Of a stretch of 64,000 nucleotides of DNA, positions 58,765-64,000 are shown piece after piece. Origin of the DNA: Verrucomicrobiota bacterium. GTDB taxonomy: Bacteria; Verrucomicrobiota; Verrucomicrobiia; Limisphaerales; UBA11320. A program made the position numbers and the translations under genes. Location of the stretch: positions 5,756-69,755 of the forward strand of contig JACQFQ010000013.1 of assembly GCA_016199985.1 (NCBI GenBank). The letters run 5' to 3'. Each line of letters opens with the position of its first letter. Position 1 is the stretch's first letter. Below the pieces are notes generated by a model. That model had not been told where the DNA came from, ran no database searches, and saw only the letters and a program-made list of their open reading frames with translations.

Positions 58765-60027
58765 TTGAGTTCCTCTCCGCCAACCCTGAGCGCATCGACC
58801 GCCGCGCGCGCCTCGGTGGAGAAGTTCTGGCGCAACCTCGCCCGCCCTTTGCTCAACGCCGGGAGCACTCCCTGCTTCCTCTTTTCATCAGAGCCGCTCG
58901 CGGCGGGTCTTCGCCTTCTGGAGTCGCAATTCGCCGGGCTTCCCGCGACTCATTGGCTGTCCGTAAAAACCCAGCCTCTGCCCGCGCTGGTGTCCTGGTG
59001 GATCGACCAAGGCCGGCCTGTCGAGGTGGTCAGCGAGCTTGAGATGGAGCTCGCGCTTCGGTTGGGATGCCCGCCCGAGCGCATTCTCGTCAACGGCCCC
59101 GCCAAGCATCGATGGCTGTCCCGCCACGCGCTGCCCCGCCTCAACGTGAACTTCGACTCCGTTCGCGAGCTGCGCGAGCTCGCCCCCTTGGCCCGCGGAC
59201 TGGGCTGGCGATGCGGGCTGCGGATGTTCACCTCGCAGGAGTTCGACCCGGAATCACCGGGTTTCCCCACGCAGTTCGGCCTGTCGCCGGAGGAGCTTTC
59301 GCCGGCGTTGAAAGCGATGAAGAAGCATCGACTGCGGATCGAGACGATTCACTTTCATCTCCGCACAAATGTGGCGCGGGCGGATGACTATCGCCGCGCG
59401 ATGGATGAGGCGTTGGGCTTGGCGGCTGAGCGGGGACTCGCGCCCTCGGTTCTGGACATCGGAGGAGGTTTCCCCGCGCCGGACGCGCGGGGACGCGCGG
59501 GGAGGCGGCTGGACGCCGAGTTCTCAATGCGAAAGGTGGTCGAGGCGGTGCGCTCGGCGCGCAATCGGCATCCCGGCATTCGCGAGATCTGGCTCGAGAA
59601 CGGCCGCTGGCTTTCCGCGAGATCGGGGGCGTTGCTCACCCGGGTTCTGGATGTGAAGGAGCGCCGTGGGCATCGCAATGTGATCTGCGACGGCGGACGC
59701 ACGCTCCAGGGCCTCGTTTCGCTCTGGGAGCGTCACACCCTCCTCGCCCTGCCCCGTCGCCACGGCGCGGAGACACTGACAACCGTGAACGGCCCGACCT
59801 GCATGGCCTTCGACCAGCTGGCGAGGCGACCGCTGCCTCGGTCGCTGAAGCCGGGCGATCATCTCCTTTGGCTGGACGCGGGCGCCTATCACCTGCCTTG
59901 GGAAACCCGATTCTCGCACGGCCTATGCGCTGTGCACTGGCATGACGGCAAGTCGACTCAGTGTGTGCGGCGCGCCGAGACATTCGAAGACTGGTTCTCC
60001 CATTGGCTTCCGCCCTCGGCCTCATGA
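58765..60027 (+). CDS. Fold-type III PLP decarboxylase (diaminopimelate/ornithine decarboxylase family)
   Basis: LSVKT Lys, EVVSELE, NGPAK, NFDS, QFG, LDIGGGF, ENGR, GPTCM..D, AGAY; TTG start assumed just after thrC. Confidence 0.82.
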   Translation: MSSSPPTLSASTAARASVEKFWRNLARPLLNAGSTPCFLFSSEPLAAGLRLLESQFAGLPATHWLSVKTQPLPALVSWWIDQGRPVEVVSELEMELALRLGCPPERILVNGPAKHRWLSRHALPRLNVNFDSVRELRELAPLARGLGWRCGLRMFTSQEFDPESPGFPTQFGLSPEELSPALKAMKKHRLRIETIHFHLRTNVARADDYRRAMDEALGLAAERGLAPSVLDIGGGFPAPDARGRAGRRLDAEFSMRKVVEAVRSARNRHPGIREIWLENGRWLSARSGALLTRVLDVKERRGHRNVICDGGRTLQGLVSLWERHTLLALPRRHGAETLTTVNGPTCMAFDQLARRPLPRSLKPGDHLLWLDAGAYHLPWETRFSHGLCAVHWHDGKSTQCVRRAETFEDWFSHWLPPSAS

Positions 60028-60048
60028 AGGGGCCGCCAGTCTGGATCC

Positions 60049-62205
60049 TCAGACCGCGCCCGAGTTCAGTTCGCTGGCTTGGGGAGCCGAAGGCAGGGTG
60101 AAAAAAAAGGTCGCGCCTTGGTCGACCGCGGAGTCGGCCCAGATCCGTCCCCCGTGTCGCCGCAAGATGCGGTGCGCCACCGCAAGCCCCACGCCGCTCC
60201 CTTCAAACTCTTCGAACCGGTGAAGCTTTTGGAACACGCCGAAGAGTTTGTCGGCGTAGGCCATGTTGAATCCCGCGCCATTGTCGCGAATGAAGTAAAC
60301 GGTCTCGCCTTTCGCCAGCTCCCATCCGATCTCAATCTCGGCCAGCTCGCGATTGCGCGTGTATTTGAGCGCGTTGGACAGAAGGTTCCGGACCACGTGT
60401 CGCATGAGCTCCGGATCGCCGTACGCCGGCGGAAGATCGCGATGCCGGATCTCGATCCGACGGTTCAGCTGCTCCAGGCGCAGGTCCTCCAACGCGTCCT
60501 TCGCGAGGATCTGCATGGAGAACGATTGACGGCTCACGGGCTGGCGGTTCAGGCGCGAGAAGATGAGCAGGTCATTGATGAGGTGATCCATTCGGATGGC
60601 GGCGGCGCGAACCCGGGAGAGGTGGGAGGATCCATCGCCCTGCAGCTGCTGGACGTGATCCTCCTCAAGGATTCTCGAAAAACCTTCGATGGCCCGCAGC
60701 GGCGCTCGAAGATCGTGGGAGATCGAATAGGTGAAGGCCTCGAGCTCGCGCACCGCCGCTTCAAGCTCGGCGGTTCGCTCCACCATCCTTCCTTCGAGTC
60801 CTTCCTTGGCCGCGCGCATGGCCTCCTCCGCGCGCTTCCGGTCGCTGATGTCGAGCAGCACGCCGATCGACCCCGTGGGCTTCCCGTCCTCACCGAGAAT
60901 CTCGACGGAGGCGTCGCTGATCCAGCGCTCGCGTCCATCGCGGGTCGCCACCAGGGCGTCGCTGAGCCAGAAATGCAACTCTCCGAGTCGAGCGCGCCGC
61001 ACGGCGTCGGAGTAGCTCAATCCCTCCGCCGCCCCGCGCATCACATGCTCCCTGACCAGGCTCTCCCAGAGGTCGGGGGTCATTTCGTGCGCGCTGAAGC
61101 CCGTGAGTTCCCGAATGCCTTCGCCCATGAAGGTGAACTGTTCCGTTCGATAATCCCTGAGGTAGGGAACCGCGTTGGCGGCGGTGATCGCGCGTCGGTA
61201 GAGATCCTCGGTGGTTCGAGCCTTTTGCTCGGCCGCCCGCAGATTCGCGGCGATCTCGCGGGCCCGCCGTTCGCTGCTCTCCAGGGCCTCGGCCGTCAGC
61301 TCGCGCTCCCGAGTCACCGACGCGAGCATCAGGCTCATCCCGGCGCCCAGGATCAGATAGAGCTGCATCCAGCGAATCTCGGCCATCCGGATGTTGGGGG
61401 AGAGCGGGAGCCCATCCCGCGCGCGCAAGGGCTGGATCAGCACCGTGATCGCGAGAACGAAGCATGTCAGCGTGGCGCCTTTGGGTCCGCGTCGCAGCGC
61501 GGCGAGGACCAGCACGGGAAACGGCATGTAGAGAAACGGGTAAGGCCCCAACGGCTCAGACGGCGCGTAGAGAAACGCGAGTCTTCCGGTGAGGATGGTC
61601 AATCCGAGGCCCAGCGCGGCTTCGGCGATGACTGCGGGCTTCGTCCAAGCCCGCGACCGAACCCCGGACAGCCAGACAAGAATCAGAGGAGCGACGATCA
61701 GATAGCCCAGGGCGTCGCGCACCCAAACGCGGATCCAATCCTCCAGCGAGACCAAGCCGCCCCCAAGCCACCGTGACGCGGCGACCTCGAATCCAGCGAA
61801 CAGGGCGGCGACGAGGAAGCACGGGCCCAGGATCAGCAAGTTGACATCGTGGAGCCGCTCGAATCGCACAGACCCCCGGGCCTGGGAGGAGAAGACGCGT
61901 CCGCCGACGAGCGGCCCCAGGCTGTGGAGAAGGGGCAGAAGAATATAGGAAACCGGATGGGGATACTTGGACCCGTACACCACAAGGTCGATGACGCAGG
62001 CCAGAAACGAGCCAGTGAAGATGGCGCGCCAGGAAGTCCGGGGATAATAAAGGTAGAGCGCGAGGGCTGCTCCAGCCAGGGGTTGCCAGGAGGCGCTCCC
62101 TCGGAAATGGGGTTGCAAAGCGTGAGACGTCCAGCCCGCGATCCAACACGCGACTGCACTAACGACGACCAGCCTGAGAAACGATAAGTAGCGTTGCACG
62201 TCCAT
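60049..62205 (-). CDS. MASE1-PAS sensor histidine kinase
   Basis: Multi-TM N-terminus, PAS-like segment, ISHDLRAPLR H-box, NLLSNALKYT, DNGAGF, GSGVGLA. Confidence 0.92.
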   Translation of the reverse strand: MDVQRYLSFLRLVVVSAVACWIAGWTSHALQPHFRGSASWQPLAGAALALYLYYPRTSWRAIFTGSFLACVIDLVVYGSKYPHPVSYILLPLLHSLGPLVGGRVFSSQARGSVRFERLHDVNLLILGPCFLVAALFAGFEVAASRWLGGGLVSLEDWIRVWVRDALGYLIVAPLILVWLSGVRSRAWTKPAVIAEAALGLGLTILTGRLAFLYAPSEPLGPYPFLYMPFPVLVLAALRRGPKGATLTCFVLAITVLIQPLRARDGLPLSPNIRMAEIRWMQLYLILGAGMSLMLASVTRERELTAEALESSERRAREIAANLRAAEQKARTTEDLYRRAITAANAVPYLRDYRTEQFTFMGEGIRELTGFSAHEMTPDLWESLVREHVMRGAAEGLSYSDAVRRARLGELHFWLSDALVATRDGRERWISDASVEILGEDGKPTGSIGVLLDISDRKRAEEAMRAAKEGLEGRMVERTAELEAAVRELEAFTYSISHDLRAPLRAIEGFSRILEEDHVQQLQGDGSSHLSRVRAAAIRMDHLINDLLIFSRLNRQPVSRQSFSMQILAKDALEDLRLEQLNRRIEIRHRDLPPAYGDPELMRHVVRNLLSNALKYTRNRELAEIEIGWELAKGETVYFIRDNGAGFNMAYADKLFGVFQKLHRFEEFEGSGVGLAVAHRILRRHGGRIWADSAVDQGATFFFTLPSAPQASELNSGAV

Positions 62206-62388
62206 GCGCCTCTCGCCGGGCGTTGCGAGCGCGACGCGCAAGAGTTATCAGGCGGGCGGCTTGGGCTCAAGCGGAGTTTTTTCTGTTTCGAGTTTCGCAG
62301 TTCGTGTTGCCCTGCTGGATCCGCGTATGCCCGGGCAGCGGAATGAGGGTTCATTCCGGGCTTTGGCTGTCCGTACGCGGGGCTGAAC

Positions 62389-63009
62389 TCAGGGAAAGCG
62401 AGCGGTTGCAGCTTGGGACGGAAGCTTTGGCGGCCCGTCGCGAGTTCTGATCCCAATAACAATGAGCGCGCATCCTAAAGCGAACAAAGCCGCGCCGACA
62501 CCAACCATCCTCGTACCTCGAGACACAGGACGAAGGGCGGGCTTGGCTTCCTCCAAGACGCTCGCGCCGTGCTTCTCGCCATCGGGATAGGATCGAGTGT
62601 GGGCGCAATAGACCTTGGCGATTTCGTTGGCGATGTCGGAGGACATCACCCGGTCCTCACTGACGGCGGTGATACTGATCAACCGGGTGCGTTCGTCTTC
62701 CTGCACTTGCAGGTCATGCCGTAGAAGGACTGCCGCGAGTTCATCCTCAAGAGGAGGATTCGCCTTCATTTTCACGGCCATGGTCTGTCCGAGGTTCAGA
62801 TTTGTCACCACGGCGACGAGGATCTTGGCGGATTTGATGATCTCGACCTCTCTCGCGAGCGTGGTGAAAGCAGACTTTGGGGGAACAATCCGTGTTGTGC
62901 TCGCGAACTGCCGAGGGAGGATCAACGAGATGAGAAGCCACTGCTTGCAGAGCAAGCAATCAACAGCGATCACGGGCAGCCCAAGAATAAGCCACGCGGC
63001 CTTCTTCAT
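62389..63009 (-). CDS. Small membrane protein resembling Wzz/chain-length-determinant domains
   Basis: Two terminal hydrophobic helices; EVEIIKS, TRLISITAVSED....DIANEIAKVY, VLEEAKPALRPV. Confidence 0.6.
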   Translation of the reverse strand: MKKAAWLILGLPVIAVDCLLCKQWLLISLILPRQFASTTRIVPPKSAFTTLAREVEIIKSAKILVAVVTNLNLGQTMAVKMKANPPLEDELAAVLLRHDLQVQEDERTRLISITAVSEDRVMSSDIANEIAKVYCAHTRSYPDGEKHGASVLEEAKPALRPVSRGTRMVGVGAALFALGCALIVIGIRTRDGPPKLPSQAATARFP

Positions 63010-63263
63010 GAACGGCAAAGTTGAGAGCGGAGCGGAAACCAGTTAACGGGATTGTGATGGCTTTCCACACGTAGCGGAGTTGCTTTCCGCAGCCGCCGGC
63101 CTGGCGCAGCGTAAGCGATCGGAGAGCTCGCATTGCGTCCGGTGGCTTGGTTTCAAGTTGCCCGCTGCGCGCGTCCTCAAATAGAACCCGCGTCTCCCGA
63201 GGGGGCAAAGCGGGATTTCATTCCAGGTTCTGGTTGTCCGCGCACACGGCCAGATTATGTAAC

Positions 63264-63317
63264 GGGCCTTCAGCCCTCGTCTATCTCGTGGCAAGGGAAC
63301 CTGAGGGCTGAAGGCCC
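63264..63317. repeat. REP-like 15-bp perfect inverted repeat
   Basis: GGGCCTTCAGCCCTC (63264-63278) and GAGGGCTGAAGGCCC (63303-63317); resembles the outer end of the 25338 element. Confidence 0.7.
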
Positions 63318-63487
63318 ATTCCCATACCCACAAGGGTCACGGTCCCTCGCCTCTGCCGCGACTGGCCAAAGGGGTCTCTCTCGATGAGGGTAGTTTTCGA
63401 AAGACCTTTTTCCCCTTGCCATCGGAGGCGATGTTTGGTTCTTTTTCCGTCCGCTACGGCCGAGCACCGCTTGGCTGTTGAGGGGTT

Positions 63488-63563
<76 letters not shown>

Positions 63564-63646
63564 TTTTTCTTAATGAAAGCGACTTCCCGCCTGAATCCGC
63601 ACAGATTTCGCACAAAATCTCGGATAGGGGAACACCCAAACCACCC

Positions 63647-63886
63647 ATGGTTTTCCCGGTGACGATCAGGCATCGAGACGCGAAGGCGAAGATCTACGGG
63701 AAATCCCCTGACTATCCTTACTATCGCGTAGCGTATCGGACCGGCGGCAAGCGAGTCATCAAACATTTCCCTAGCTACAGCAATGCGAAAGCAGCCGCAG
63801 AGAAAGCTGTCAGGGAAATCTCCCAAGGATCCCAAGCCTTGTCCCTTTCCAGCACAGCCGATCCACTGGGTGCGCCGAGGAGGTGA
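63647..63886 (+). pseudogene. Truncated tyrosine-integrase N-terminal arm
   Basis: FPVTIRHRDAKAKIYGKSPDYPYYRVAY...GKR...F.SYS.AKAAAE resembles verrucomicrobial tRNA-adjacent integrase N-termini. Stops after 79 aa with no catalytic domain. Confidence 0.6.
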
Positions 63887-63887
63887 T

Positions 63888-64000
63888 ATGAGTCCACAAG
63901 ATCTTGTCCTCGAGGCCGAGAGACACGGCGTCAGGTTGCTTACACGCGGAGATTCCTTGGTGATCCGCCCACCGGGACGGTTACCTGATGCGCTCAAGGA
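63888..64000 (+). CDS. Partial small mobile-element protein (TubC N-terminal docking-domain-like)
   Basis: Strong RBS GAGGAGGTGAT, then MSPQDLVLEAERHGVRLLTRGDSLVIRPPGRLPDALK running off the window. Confidence 0.55.
   Translation, partial: MSPQDLVLEAERHGVRLLTRGDSLVIRPPGRLPDALK

Overview
GC-rich bacterial chromosome segment, most likely Verrucomicrobiota or another PVC lineage (LEPR-XLL giant protein, PSD1/DUF1501 pair, CotH/lamin-tail protein, PEP-CTERM). Bases 1-21032 are one minus-strand gene of at least 7,000 codons that the ORF track misses because it runs off the left edge. Next come a cytochrome c/PSD1-DUF1501 pair, a deleted REP-flanked transposase remnant, a 2,200-aa CotH/LTD/F-type-lectin protein and a 7-gene sugar-acid catabolic cluster. 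A visibly more AT-rich accessory island (~43.3-54.6 kb) ends at tRNA-Arg(ACG). It holds an intact four-gene ubiquitin-like conjugation operon (Ubl-E2-JAB-E1, Bil/ISG15-like type). Divergent from it is a translationally coupled ECF-like sigma factor / small protein / ImmA-IrrE metallopeptidase triad, followed by a small ORF and a papain-like protein. The best novel-system candidate is this triad acting as a protease-triggered sigma switch for the Bil operon. The right end has a PHP-like hydrolase, hom-thrC-PLP decarboxylase, a MASE1 histidine kinase and tRNA-Lys(CTT) followed by a degraded integrative element. All family calls are from motif recognition by eye, not database searches.
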